From Candidatus Saccharimonadota bacterium (GTDB lineage Bacteria; Patescibacteriota; Saccharimonadia; Saccharimonadales; Saccharimonadaceae), in NCBI GenBank assembly GCA_017514675.1, contig JAFWIY010000021.1:1-55890 (forward strand): 55,890 nucleotides of DNA, given 5' to 3'. Position 1 is the stretch's first letter; every line of letters begins with the position of its first letter. Below are positions 20,592-29,987 of this stretch, piece by piece. The position numbers were made by a program, and so were the translations under genes. Under the pieces are notes generated by a model. That model did not search any database and was not told the DNA's origin. It saw only the letters and a program-made list of their open reading frames with translations.

Positions 20592-20978
20592 TTAACCCTT
20601 TCCTAATATTAAATTAAATAACCAAGTAAAGAACAAATCCAAAAGCGCGATTAGAACCATAAAGATTGCCGTATAAATAATCACCGCCAGCACCATTTTC
20701 CAGGTGGCTTTGCGGTTTGGCCAGCGCACTTGGCGAATTTCGCGCCACGAGTCACGCAGATATCTAAACAGCGCCACAAACGGCCTAAACAAGATAAATG
20801 GTTTCTTGCCGAATTTTTCTTTAGCAATGTTCTTCTCGGCTTTTTTGGTAGCTTTAACCTTTTGCTTTTCGGATTTTTTGTCTTTTACGACTACTTTTTT
20901 GCGAGTAATCGCCGGCGCAGCTTCCTTTTCCTCTTTGCGAGGCGAGTCGCTTGCCTTAATTCTTGTAATTTTTGCCAT
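20592..20978 (-). CDS. secE: preprotein translocase SecE with Lys-rich N-terminal extension
   Basis: EIRQVRWP plus one C-terminal TM helix; upstream of nusG. Confidence 0.93.
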   Translation of the reverse strand: MAKITRIKASDSPRKEEKEAAPAITRKKVVVKDKKSEKQKVKATKKAEKNIAKEKFGKKPFILFRPFVALFRYLRDSWREIRQVRWPNRKATWKMVLAVIIYTAIFMVLIALLDLFFTWLFNLILGKG

Positions 20979-21036
20979 CCTACTCCTTTATTGTTAGGCA
21001 TCAAAAAAGTCTGATACCAGACTTGTCAAGATTTTA

Positions 21037-22782
21037 TCACTTCGGGAATAAATAGTCAAGATAATCCTTCATCATTCTTGCCCCTGAAATCACCGGCAAG
21101 AATGTTTCAAGTTGGCGTTTAGTCACAAATTCTAGATCAAAATCATTTTCCCAGGTCGCAATTGCTTCTTCCATTCGCTGATATAACATATCCAGCTCTT
21201 CAATTTCATCCAAGCCAGAAACATTGAAATATGAATTAATTGAGCCATCCGCCACGCCGCCATCGTGTGTAGAAATCAGTACATTAAGATTGCCGATATC
21301 CTTCATCCAAGATGTCCCGCAAGCCTCCAGTCCTACAATCGGCACATTAATCGCCACATTTGACCCTACAGATAGTCCATACGCCAACTTCTCATCATAA
21401 TCCGCAATATAATGCACGTGGTCGCGGAGATATTCATCTTGCGCCACTTCATGCAGCAGGCGCAAAAGCTTATGATACATCACATTGTCGCCGGTATGCA
21501 CGCGCCCGGTCAAAATATAATGCGCATTGCGACTTTCTAGGATATTCCTGAGGCGCGCTGGGTCACGAAACGGCATCTCTGGCCGCTTGTAATCCACAAA
21601 CCGCCGCTTAAAATCGAAGATAAAATCATCATCGGAAAACTTTAAAATCCTACCATTTTGATCTGGGCGATTCTTAAGCGTTGCATTCAAAATATCGCGC
21701 CCGACAGATTTTAGCTCGCGAATTTTCGGCGCCGTAAGACTAGACAGCTTATCGACAAAATCCGGCATCGGCGCACCGAACCGGTCAATGATGCCATTTT
21801 CTTCATAAAACTCCCGAATTTTCGGCAAAATCCATTTATCTATATCAATACCATTAGTCACCGGCTTAAACTTCACCTTATTGCCGGCAATATCACGATA
21901 ATTCGCTACTCTTGCGTGCAATTTAGACACGCCAGACCGTAGCTCAGCAATCTCAATCGTTACTGAAGATAATTTAATATGTCCGTGACTAAACTTATCC
22001 GAAAGCCACTTTTTTACGGCCGGCGATTTCAAATTCGGAAAGACATATTTCTCAAATTGCTCATAAGAAAACTCCGCCTCGGCCGCCTGCACCAAAGTAT
22101 GATTCGTATACAAAGTATGCTTGCGGGTATAAACGACAGCTTCATAAAAATCCATGCCATTCGTGGCGAGTTCATCTAGCCTCGCTAGCGCTGCAAAAAA
22201 GGTCGCCACTTCATTTAGCTGCATAATCGCTGGTTTTAGACCAATCAGTTTCAAAGCCGCATATCCACCAAACCCTAGCGCCACTTCCTGATACAAACGG
22301 TGGTCGGAACCACTCATCCCCGAATACAGCTCTCCGAAATTAGGTTCCGTTATAGAGATAATGCGAGTATTTTTAAACTTCTTTTCTATTACATCTAGCA
22401 GGCATAAATCCCCGTGGCACTTAACCGACACTTGATCCACGAACTTAAACCCAAACTTCCGGTAATCTACCGGCGTATGCATATCGTGCAAGCCACCCTC
22501 TCGCATTACTTGGTGCGACTCAAACGGATAAAACGGCGTAATTAGCGTAAACGGCACGCCCATTTTTTCGGCTACCCGGCGCGTATCAGCCGCAAGCACC
22601 CCAAGCCCACCGCCACCACGGATACCATTTTCTTGGTCATATAGTTCAATTGTCCAATAAGTATACGGTCTTTCCGGCGACAACGCTCTAGTCAAATGCT
22701 CGCGCTCCACCGCCTCATAAAAAATATCTACATCTTCAATGTTTTCTAAGGGATGATAAAAATACTGCCCATCATCATTCAT
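21037..22782 (-). CDS. glgP: alpha-glucan (glycogen/starch) phosphorylase, GT35
   Basis: GGGLGVLAAD, QLNE, YTNHT, TNGID, RRFVDYKR, EACGTSWMK. Confidence 0.85.
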   Translation of the reverse strand: MNDDGQYFYHPLENIEDVDIFYEAVEREHLTRALSPERPYTYWTIELYDQENGIRGGGGLGVLAADTRRVAEKMGVPFTLITPFYPFESHQVMREGGLHDMHTPVDYRKFGFKFVDQVSVKCHGDLCLLDVIEKKFKNTRIISITEPNFGELYSGMSGSDHRLYQEVALGFGGYAALKLIGLKPAIMQLNEVATFFAALARLDELATNGMDFYEAVVYTRKHTLYTNHTLVQAAEAEFSYEQFEKYVFPNLKSPAVKKWLSDKFSHGHIKLSSVTIEIAELRSGVSKLHARVANYRDIAGNKVKFKPVTNGIDIDKWILPKIREFYEENGIIDRFGAPMPDFVDKLSSLTAPKIRELKSVGRDILNATLKNRPDQNGRILKFSDDDFIFDFKRRFVDYKRPEMPFRDPARLRNILESRNAHYILTGRVHTGDNVMYHKLLRLLHEVAQDEYLRDHVHYIADYDEKLAYGLSVGSNVAINVPIVGLEACGTSWMKDIGNLNVLISTHDGGVADGSINSYFNVSGLDEIEELDMLYQRMEEAIATWENDFDLEFVTKRQLETFLPVISGARMMKDYLDYLFPK

Positions 22783-22800
22783 GCTTATGATTATATCATA

Positions 22801-23757
22801 TTAGTACCAAAAATGTTTAGGTAGTTTCTTGGCAATTTTTTGATGAAAGTCCCAGTCAAATCCCTCTAAGCGCTTCGGCTCTTTGGTCTTAAAGTATTTT
22901 TTGCGAATTTCTTTCGCAGTCATTAGCTCGCCCGGAATTAACTGATATTTTTTGCCAAAATTTAAGCCCCGCTTGTAATTTTCTGGTGGCAAAACCGCCA
23001 TCGGCAAAAAATCGCAGCTAATTTCTGGATCTTTATAAAGTTTCAGAGCCAACATCGACATGGTCGGGATAATATCTTCCTTTTTCTCGTAAACTTTCTT
23101 ATTCTTGAACACAGTGGTCTGTCTAGTAGCCGATGGCGCCACGAAGATCACACCACCTTCCTTCATGGCCCGATTAGACAAATTAGTATAGATATCTCTA
23201 AATTCACGCTTAATTTTTTCACCAAGAGCATAAAGCTCCGTGTCCGGCTCTAATCCAATTTTATCCCATGTTGCAGGCGTAATAATCGGCGTAATAATAA
23301 TCCCTAGCCGCTTAATCCGATCAAAATTCGGCGCCAGTGCCTCATACCATGGTAGATTCACTGGAAAATACATCGGCTTGTCGCCCATCACATCAATCTT
23401 CATCATCAAAATCCGCGCGATCTCGCCTAGCGATGGGTGATTAAAGCCCACTACTAGGCCATTCTGGCTATCTTTTGGCATTCCATCGTAACTTCCGGGC
23501 GTGATTTTAGACAATACTTTTACCAGTTTCTTGCGCGCGGCCTGGTTGTGTTTTTTCTCATCGTCCTTTGGCCCAGTAGTACGAAAAAAGTAGTTGATTG
23601 CCGTATTGCAGGCCTTGCCCACCGGTACCATTTCTTTACGCAGCTTCTCTGCGCCTAGTGTCGCCAGCAAAGAATAATTTTCATATTTTAATTTATCGTT
23701 AATCTCATCCGCCGACAGCGTCTTTAGCTGTGTGATGGAAAAAAGTTTTTTCTTCAT
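22801..23757 (-). CDS. acyltransferase-like protein (LPLAT fold)
   Basis: VVGFNHPSLGE (HX4E variant of HX4D), IFVAPSATR, FLPMAV. Confidence 0.5.
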   Translation of the reverse strand: MKKKLFSITQLKTLSADEINDKLKYENYSLLATLGAEKLRKEMVPVGKACNTAINYFFRTTGPKDDEKKHNQAARKKLVKVLSKITPGSYDGMPKDSQNGLVVGFNHPSLGEIARILMMKIDVMGDKPMYFPVNLPWYEALAPNFDRIKRLGIIITPIITPATWDKIGLEPDTELYALGEKIKREFRDIYTNLSNRAMKEGGVIFVAPSATRQTTVFKNKKVYEKKEDIIPTMSMLALKLYKDPEISCDFLPMAVLPPENYKRGLNFGKKYQLIPGELMTAKEIRKKYFKTKEPKRLEGFDWDFHQKIAKKLPKHFWY

Positions 23758-23812
23758 AAAAATAATTATAGCATAGAAAACCCCCGACCTTAAAAGTCGG
23801 GGGCAAAGAGGG

Positions 23813-26038
23813 TTAAAAGAAGTGATGAAGGTGAAACATCACGGCCATCGCAGTCGCTACGGTAGCCATAATTTTGATGCAAATATCGCAACATACTGCC
23901 ACCACATCTTTCATAATATCACCAATCGTATCGCCGGTGATAGTAGCAAGGTGTGCCGCGGAATGTTTACCGTGGCTGGGAAGCATCCCCATCTCGATAT
24001 ACTTTTTGGCATTATCATAAGCGCCACCAGCATTGCCATTGAAAAAGGCCTCGCCGATTGCTTGCAAAGTGCTACCAAGTAGCATACCGAGCACCGTAAT
24101 TGGACCAAACACCAACCCGACCACTAGCACCGAAACTACGGAAAGTAGCGATGGTGCCGACATATACTTCAGCGCATTATCAGAAGCGATTTCGATTGCT
24201 TTGTTATAGTCTGGGCTTTTCTTGCCCGCCATAATGGCTTCATCTTTCAATTCAGATTCAGCCACGCCGGCCAATTTCCAAGCCGCCGAGAGAGTGTTTT
24301 TGGTCAGGATAGAAATAAACTCGCGTATCACTGCCATCCCGATAATTCCACCCACGATCAGCCTTACAATAGAATCGGCTGAGTTCAGATTAAACTCCGG
24401 AATATTACCGATAAAAGCCATCAGCATTGTAATGGTCGAAAATGCCGCAGCGCCAATCGCATTGCCTTTGCCTACCGCCGCCGTAGTATTACCAAGTGCG
24501 TCGAGCTCATCAGTAATTTCCCGGACTTCTTCCGGCAAATGGCAACTTTCGGCGATACCGCCAGCATTGTCGGCAATTGGCCCAAAAGCATCGATAGTCA
24601 CCGTAGTTCCTACGAAGCTAAGCATACCAACAGCCGCAATCGCAATGCCATATACTCCGCAAAGTAAAAACGCCACCACGATCGAAAGCGCGATAATGAT
24701 AGACGGCCAAGTCACCGAATGGTTACCCACCGCCATACCTTCGGATACCACAAATGAGTGGCCTTCTGGTGCCATCTTGGCGATTTGTTGCACGAACTTT
24801 GACTTCATGCTAGTATAACGCTCGGTCAAAAGACCAACCGTTACCGAACTCACGACTCCAAGTGCCGCTGCGAGCCAAGGCGAAGCCCAGCCAAGTGTGT
24901 AGTTTGCCGCAAAGGACGTCCCACCAAACAGGGTATGGGCACCAATCAATCCTACCGCAAGTGTAACCGCAGCAGAAATCGCAGTGGCCATATTTAGCTC
25001 TTTGCCTGGGTCGTCAATCTCTAATGAGTACTCTGTCCACACCCACCTAATATTGTCATCGTCTACCTTGGTCTTAGGCCTGGTTTTTTCATTAGGATAT
25101 TTGGCCAGGAACTCATCTAGGGTCATCTGTACCCATTTGTGACGTTTGCGATTCTTGAGGATAATAAACATTACGCTGATTAGCGTACTAAATAATCCTC
25201 CGGCTGCAAGCACAAACGGGAATGCACATACGAGCGGCAAGACGGCATGGTCTGTCGCATAGTTCTGCACAGAGATAAGTATGCACGACATTAGCGTCGC
25301 TACATAGCTTTCTCCGAGGTCCGAAAGATTTCCAGCTAAGTCGTTTACTAGATCGCCAGTCAAGTCGGCGATCGAACAGACGTTACGCGGGTCATCTTCC
25401 TCTAATCCATATTCACTTTTACTGACAATATCGTTAGCGATATCGGCAGACTTCGTATAGGTGCCTCCGGCAACACGATTAAAAATCGCCACCATCGAGA
25501 ATCCCAACGAGTAAGCCGTTAGTCTAGCCGCCATGACATTGTTCATGGTATTAGAAATTAATCCGTGCCCTGTAGTTTCTGGACCATTAGCCCAGCTCCA
25601 CAGGAAAATCAGCGTAAAGCCAAGCAGGCCAAACGCCGGCACCGAAAAACCACTAATACTGCCACCTAGTGTTGCAATTCTGAGCGTCCGGCTAATTGCG
25701 CCGGTCACTCGTGCCGCGTTGGCAGTACGTACGTTACCATACGCTCCACCACGCATACCGATCTCCACTCCGCATAACACGAGTACTGCACCTAGTACAA
25801 GGCAGCACCCTGCGGTAGGTTCCTGAATCAGGGCAAATCCCAGCGACATCAAAATCACAACGATTGAGATTACGCGGTATTCCCTTTTCAGGAATGTCTT
25901 TGCTCCCGAACGAATGATTGCGGCCCGCTCTATCATGATGGCTGTTCCTTCATTATGCTTGCGCAAATTAATGAAATTATAGCCAATCAGTGAAAAAGCG
26001 CACGCCACCATCGTAAGGGTCAGGTAGTAGATTGTCAT
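23813..26038 (-). CDS. hppA: membrane-bound ion-translocating pyrophosphatase, divergent
   Basis: GGTYTKSADI, EEDDPRN, DAFGPIADNAGGIAE, LDALGNTTAA, GGAYDNAKK, GDTIGD; many TM helices. Confidence 0.9.
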   Translation of the reverse strand: MTIYYLTLTMVACAFSLIGYNFINLRKHNEGTAIMIERAAIIRSGAKTFLKREYRVISIVVILMSLGFALIQEPTAGCCLVLGAVLVLCGVEIGMRGGAYGNVRTANAARVTGAISRTLRIATLGGSISGFSVPAFGLLGFTLIFLWSWANGPETTGHGLISNTMNNVMAARLTAYSLGFSMVAIFNRVAGGTYTKSADIANDIVSKSEYGLEEDDPRNVCSIADLTGDLVNDLAGNLSDLGESYVATLMSCILISVQNYATDHAVLPLVCAFPFVLAAGGLFSTLISVMFIILKNRKRHKWVQMTLDEFLAKYPNEKTRPKTKVDDDNIRWVWTEYSLEIDDPGKELNMATAISAAVTLAVGLIGAHTLFGGTSFAANYTLGWASPWLAAALGVVSSVTVGLLTERYTSMKSKFVQQIAKMAPEGHSFVVSEGMAVGNHSVTWPSIIIALSIVVAFLLCGVYGIAIAAVGMLSFVGTTVTIDAFGPIADNAGGIAESCHLPEEVREITDELDALGNTTAAVGKGNAIGAAAFSTITMLMAFIGNIPEFNLNSADSIVRLIVGGIIGMAVIREFISILTKNTLSAAWKLAGVAESELKDEAIMAGKKSPDYNKAIEIASDNALKYMSAPSLLSVVSVLVVGLVFGPITVLGMLLGSTLQAIGEAFFNGNAGGAYDNAKKYIEMGMLPSHGKHSAAHLATITGDTIGDIMKDVVAVCCDICIKIMATVATAMAVMFHLHHFF

Positions 26039-26158
26039 TCTTCATCCAACCTCCTTTTTAAAGTACAAAGCGGGCTATATTGCCCGCCACGCCATCACCG
26101 ATTATACCAAAAAACCAAAAAAATAAAACCATAAAATCTATGGTTCGAACAACTCGCT

Positions 26159-26180
26159 TGGCTGGGGATGAGGGATTCGA
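26159..26180 (-). repeat. 22 bp direct repeat of the tRNA-Gln 3' end
   Basis: TGGCTGGGGATGAGGGATTCGA at 26159-26180 is identical to 26224-26245. Confidence 0.85.
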
Positions 26181-26223
26181 TTCGAAGAACGAATCCCGAA
26201 CAAAAAAGGCCCCTAGAAGGGTA

Positions 26224-26298
26224 TGGCTGGGGATGAGGGATTCGAACCCCCGAATGGTGGGACCAGAACCCACTGCCTTACCACTTGGCGAATCCCCA
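26224..26298 (-). tRNA. trnQ: tRNA-Gln(CTG)
   Basis: TGGGGATTCGCCAAGTGGTAAGGCAGTGGG-TTCTGGT-CCCACCATTCGGGGGTTCGAATCCCTCATCCCCAGCCA; CCA encoded. Confidence 0.95.
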
Positions 26299-26365
26299 GT
26301 GTGTATATATTATATCACACTGTGCCAAAAAAATAAAAAAGCCCCCATATTGGGGGCGAGGGCAA

Positions 26366-26728
26366 CTAGTTAAACAACTGGTCGAGGTGTGATAAGAAAT
26401 GTCTAGGGACTATTTCATTTACCGGATAGTGCTTATCGAGCATATAGCCCGCTTTTGATAAGTCAGGTTCTCTATCTCCTATAGTCATCAAACATTCTGC
26501 AAGTACCTTGGAAAAGGCCGAGCCGACTTTGAAATCAGCATTTTTTGCAAGATAGTTGAATAAAGTTCCCCTTATCATGTCGAAATACCCGCGCCGAATC
26601 AGCTCATTCAGAGCCGGAATGGCTAGAAATGGATTCTGAGTCTTCAACCCCTGATCGTATAGAAAACTCACAGTTGATTCATTATCGATAGACTCGAACA
26701 TACTTTTGGCCAACAATTCTTCTAACAT
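26366..26728 (-). CDS. orphan protein (120 aa)
   Basis: TTGACA promoter, SD AAAGGGG, terminator GCCCCCA/TGGGGGC around 26336-26357. Confidence 0.65.
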   Translation of the reverse strand: MLEELLAKSMFESIDNESTVSFLYDQGLKTQNPFLAIPALNELIRRGYFDMIRGTLFNYLAKNADFKVGSAFSKVLAECLMTIGDREPDLSKAGYMLDKHYPVNEIVPRHFLSHLDQLFN

Positions 26729-26804
26729 ACCAGATCCCCTTTCGTAGTAAAGTACAATTATGATAATAAAATATCATAATATATAATATTTGTCAATATG
26801 CCAC

Positions 26805-29800
26805 CTACTCACTCCTTAACGCTTCAACCGGATCTTTTTTGCTTGCTGACCTTGCTGGAATTAGCCCAGAAACCACCGTTAGCACAAAACTCAGCACAAT
26901 TAAAATCCCAGCTGTCTTGGGGTCTAGAGCCGCATTCAAAGGAATATCGCCTGTAAACTGATGCAAAACTAAATTAATAATCGGAATTAGCGCATAAGAA
27001 ATCCCAACCCCAATTAGCCCCGACAAAAGCCCAATAATAAAGGTCTCGGCATTAAAGATAGAAGATATATTATGTTTAGAAGCGCCAATCGCGCGCAAGA
27101 TCCCGATCTCCTTAGTCCGCTCGTACACCGAAATATACGTAATCACGCCAATCATAATAGATGAAACAATCAAAGAAATTGATACAAACGCAATTAGTAC
27201 ATACGAAACCGCATCCACAATAGTCTTTACCGACCCCATCAAAATCCCAGTTGCATCATTATATTCAACCACTTTATCCTCATAACCCAGCGACTGCATC
27301 TTCTCATTATAATCATCCAAGAACTCCACAAAATGCGTCTTTCCATCAAACGAAGTAAAATAAAACGCGAGAATAGTCGGCTCATCCAATTCCTGATACC
27401 CCATCGCCACCAAATTAGAAAACAGCGTAGTTTCCTTTTTGTTAAACATCGCTTCTACTACCCGCGCGAGCTCCTCTTCCGAAAAATTCAAATGAAATGC
27501 GCCCACAATCGCGCTTTCATCCACGTGAAACGCATTGGAAAAACTACTCGTAAGATACGAAGTCAGCCCGCCCACTTCTGACAAAATATCTTTTTGCATC
27601 AAAATTTCCGTAATCGCAATAGAAAGTTGGTCTAGCGCCGCCGAAATTGCCGTGGCTTCCAAAAATTCATCTTCGGTCAAGGCCGGATTCGCTTGCTTGG
27701 CGCCAAGATACCCTTTTAGCAGCCCCTCAAAGAAACTCGCAAACTGCTCCTTAGGCAAAAAGAATTCGCCGACCAAGTCACTATAATCGGCTTTCAAAGC
27801 AAACTCCTTCACATATTCTTCTATCTTGGCCGGATCAAACTTACCCTCGGCCACTAGCCCAGCCATATATTCCGAAAACCCACCAGCCAGCACCTTAAAC
27901 TTCGTCGCCAGCTTATTCTTTACCGGCGTAATATCTGCCGTGATATCAGCCGAAATCTTGTTCATATACTCTTGCACCTTGCCAGAAATCGCATTCTGGT
28001 CAATATTCACCCCAAACGCCCGCGACAAAGCCGCCGAGTCCACCGAAACCAAATCCGAAAACTCAAAATTAAAATCATTTCCCTTTTCGCCAAACTTCCG
28101 GTTAGAAAATACATCAATCGTAGGCTCGGCCAACTGTTTTTTCACGATTTCGGTCTTTGCCGACTGTTCAATAATATGCACCGGCAAACTCGGCATATAG
28201 ACTACCCCATTTCCGGACACCAGCGACCCCGGCTTCCCCGTAATAATCCCGACAATCTTTAGCTTCTCGGCCTTCTCATATACCCCCGCCATAAACTCAC
28301 TATCCCCACTCATATCCTCATAAACATTATATTTTTCATTATATCTATAAGTATCGGCCGGCAAAATTAGCCTGAGATCCACGCCCAGTAGCTCATCATA
28401 CGAAATCTCTAGCGGCTCAAAATCAATCTCCACCTTTTCCCCACTCATAATCCCCTTCACTAGCTTAGACAATTCTTTAGTATCGTGAAACCCTAGCGAA
28501 TAAGCCAGTAAATCCGGTATTTCAGATGGGTTACTTAGGAATATCGCCATCTCATTATATGCACTCGGCATCCGCCCGTACACTACATCCGTATCATTCT
28601 CTAGCGCCTCCAAAGGCTCGTGTACATACACCGAAGTAAACCCAGAATACGATGACAAAAGCGAAGCATCGCCCACCAGCGAGGTAAACAACGAGCTTGG
28701 ATTAAGTTTTGCAATATCGCCGCTCGCATCCACCGTATAAATCATCGGGTCTACGCTATACTCACTATCAATCAGCCGAATATCATCTCGCACCTCATCG
28801 TAATGTGCTGTTACATAGTCACGAAAACCTTTCAAATCATTAGTCGTTACATTCCCTAAAATAGAAGTAATCATCTGGTTTTCGCGCACCTTGTTTTCTA
28901 GCTCTTCCGCTCCGCCGCCTTCACCAGTCATAGATAGAAGTAGCCCCGTAATATCAGTTGACTCCCGCATCAAATTCAAAGGATACGAAGTTAAAGTATC
29001 GCGCTCAATCGTATCAATATAATTCTGAAACCCTGTAGATACGGCAGAAATCAGCGCAATCCCAATAATCCCGATTGACCCAGCAAACGCCACTAGAATT
29101 GTCCGGGCTTTCTTGGTCAGCAAATTCTTCAGCGACAAAGATAGCGCCGTAACAAACGACATCCGTGTCTTTTTGGATTTCTTCCCCGCTTCAATCAGGT
29201 CCAAATCAGTCTTAATTTTGCCATCGTACTCATTTGTATCACCAGTTACCTTGCCATCTTTGATGGTAATAGTACGCGTGGCATATTTTTCCGCTAGTTC
29301 CGGATTATGAGTCACCATAATCACCAAACGGCTTTCTGCCACCTTCTTCAAAAGTTTCATAATCTGCACGCTAGTTTCCGAATCTAGCGCGCCGGTCGGC
29401 TCATCTGCCAGCAAAATATCCGGATCATTTACTAGCGCCCGCGCTATCGCTACGCGTTGGGCTTGCCCGCCCGACAGCTGCGAAGGTAATTTATTAATAT
29501 GGTCTTTTAGCCCCACTTCCTCTAGTACTCTTTTCGCCCGCCGGTTGGCTTCGCGCTTTTTGATACCAGACAAAGTCAGCGCCATCCGCACATTAGACAA
29601 CACAGTCTGATGCGGAATCAAATTATAATTTTGAAACACAAAACCAATTCGGTGATTACGGTACGAATCCCAATCTTTATCGCGAAACTTCTTGGTGGAC
29701 TTTTCGTTGATCACGAGATCGCCGGCGGAATATTTGTCTAGCCCACCCACAATATTGAGCAGCGTAGTCTTTCCAGATCCGCTCGGCCCCAGCACTGCCA

Positions 29801-29900
29801 CGAACTCCGAAGTCCGAAAATTCAGCCGCACATTATTTAAAACTTTGCGGTTTACACCAGCGGTCTTATAGACCTTGTCCACACCCTTCACTTCAAGCAT
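26805..29900 (-). CDS. MacB/FtsX-type ABC transporter, fused ATPase and permease
   Basis: GPSGSGKT, LSGGQAQR, LADEPTGALD, ERTKEIGILRAIGA, DPVEALRSE. Confidence 0.92.
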   Translation of the reverse strand: MLEVKGVDKVYKTAGVNRKVLNNVRLNFRTSEFVAVLGPSGSGKTTLLNIVGGLDKYSAGDLVINEKSTKKFRDKDWDSYRNHRIGFVFQNYNLIPHQTVLSNVRMALTLSGIKKREANRRAKRVLEEVGLKDHINKLPSQLSGGQAQRVAIARALVNDPDILLADEPTGALDSETSVQIMKLLKKVAESRLVIMVTHNPELAEKYATRTITIKDGKVTGDTNEYDGKIKTDLDLIEAGKKSKKTRMSFVTALSLSLKNLLTKKARTILVAFAGSIGIIGIALISAVSTGFQNYIDTIERDTLTSYPLNLMRESTDITGLLLSMTGEGGGAEELENKVRENQMITSILGNVTTNDLKGFRDYVTAHYDEVRDDIRLIDSEYSVDPMIYTVDASGDIAKLNPSSLFTSLVGDASLLSSYSGFTSVYVHEPLEALENDTDVVYGRMPSAYNEMAIFLSNPSEIPDLLAYSLGFHDTKELSKLVKGIMSGEKVEIDFEPLEISYDELLGVDLRLILPADTYRYNEKYNVYEDMSGDSEFMAGVYEKAEKLKIVGIITGKPGSLVSGNGVVYMPSLPVHIIEQSAKTEIVKKQLAEPTIDVFSNRKFGEKGNDFNFEFSDLVSVDSAALSRAFGVNIDQNAISGKVQEYMNKISADITADITPVKNKLATKFKVLAGGFSEYMAGLVAEGKFDPAKIEEYVKEFALKADYSDLVGEFFLPKEQFASFFEGLLKGYLGAKQANPALTEDEFLEATAISAALDQLSIAITEILMQKDILSEVGGLTSYLTSSFSNAFHVDESAIVGAFHLNFSEEELARVVEAMFNKKETTLFSNLVAMGYQELDEPTILAFYFTSFDGKTHFVEFLDDYNEKMQSLGYEDKVVEYNDATGILMGSVKTIVDAVSYVLIAFVSISLIVSSIMIGVITYISVYERTKEIGILRAIGASKHNISSIFNAETFIIGLLSGLIGVGISYALIPIINLVLHQFTGDIPLNAALDPKTAGILIVLSFVLTVVSGLIPARSASKKDPVEALRSE

Positions 29901-29987
29901 AATCCCATTATATCACACCGCCCGCCAAAAATTCTAGTCAAATTAAAAAACTTGTGGTAATATTATAAATAACAAATAAAGGAGGTT

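Noticed and set aside
26130-26200. A second tRNA-Gln gene
   Set aside because: Only the 3' 22 nt are present; no D or anticodon arm
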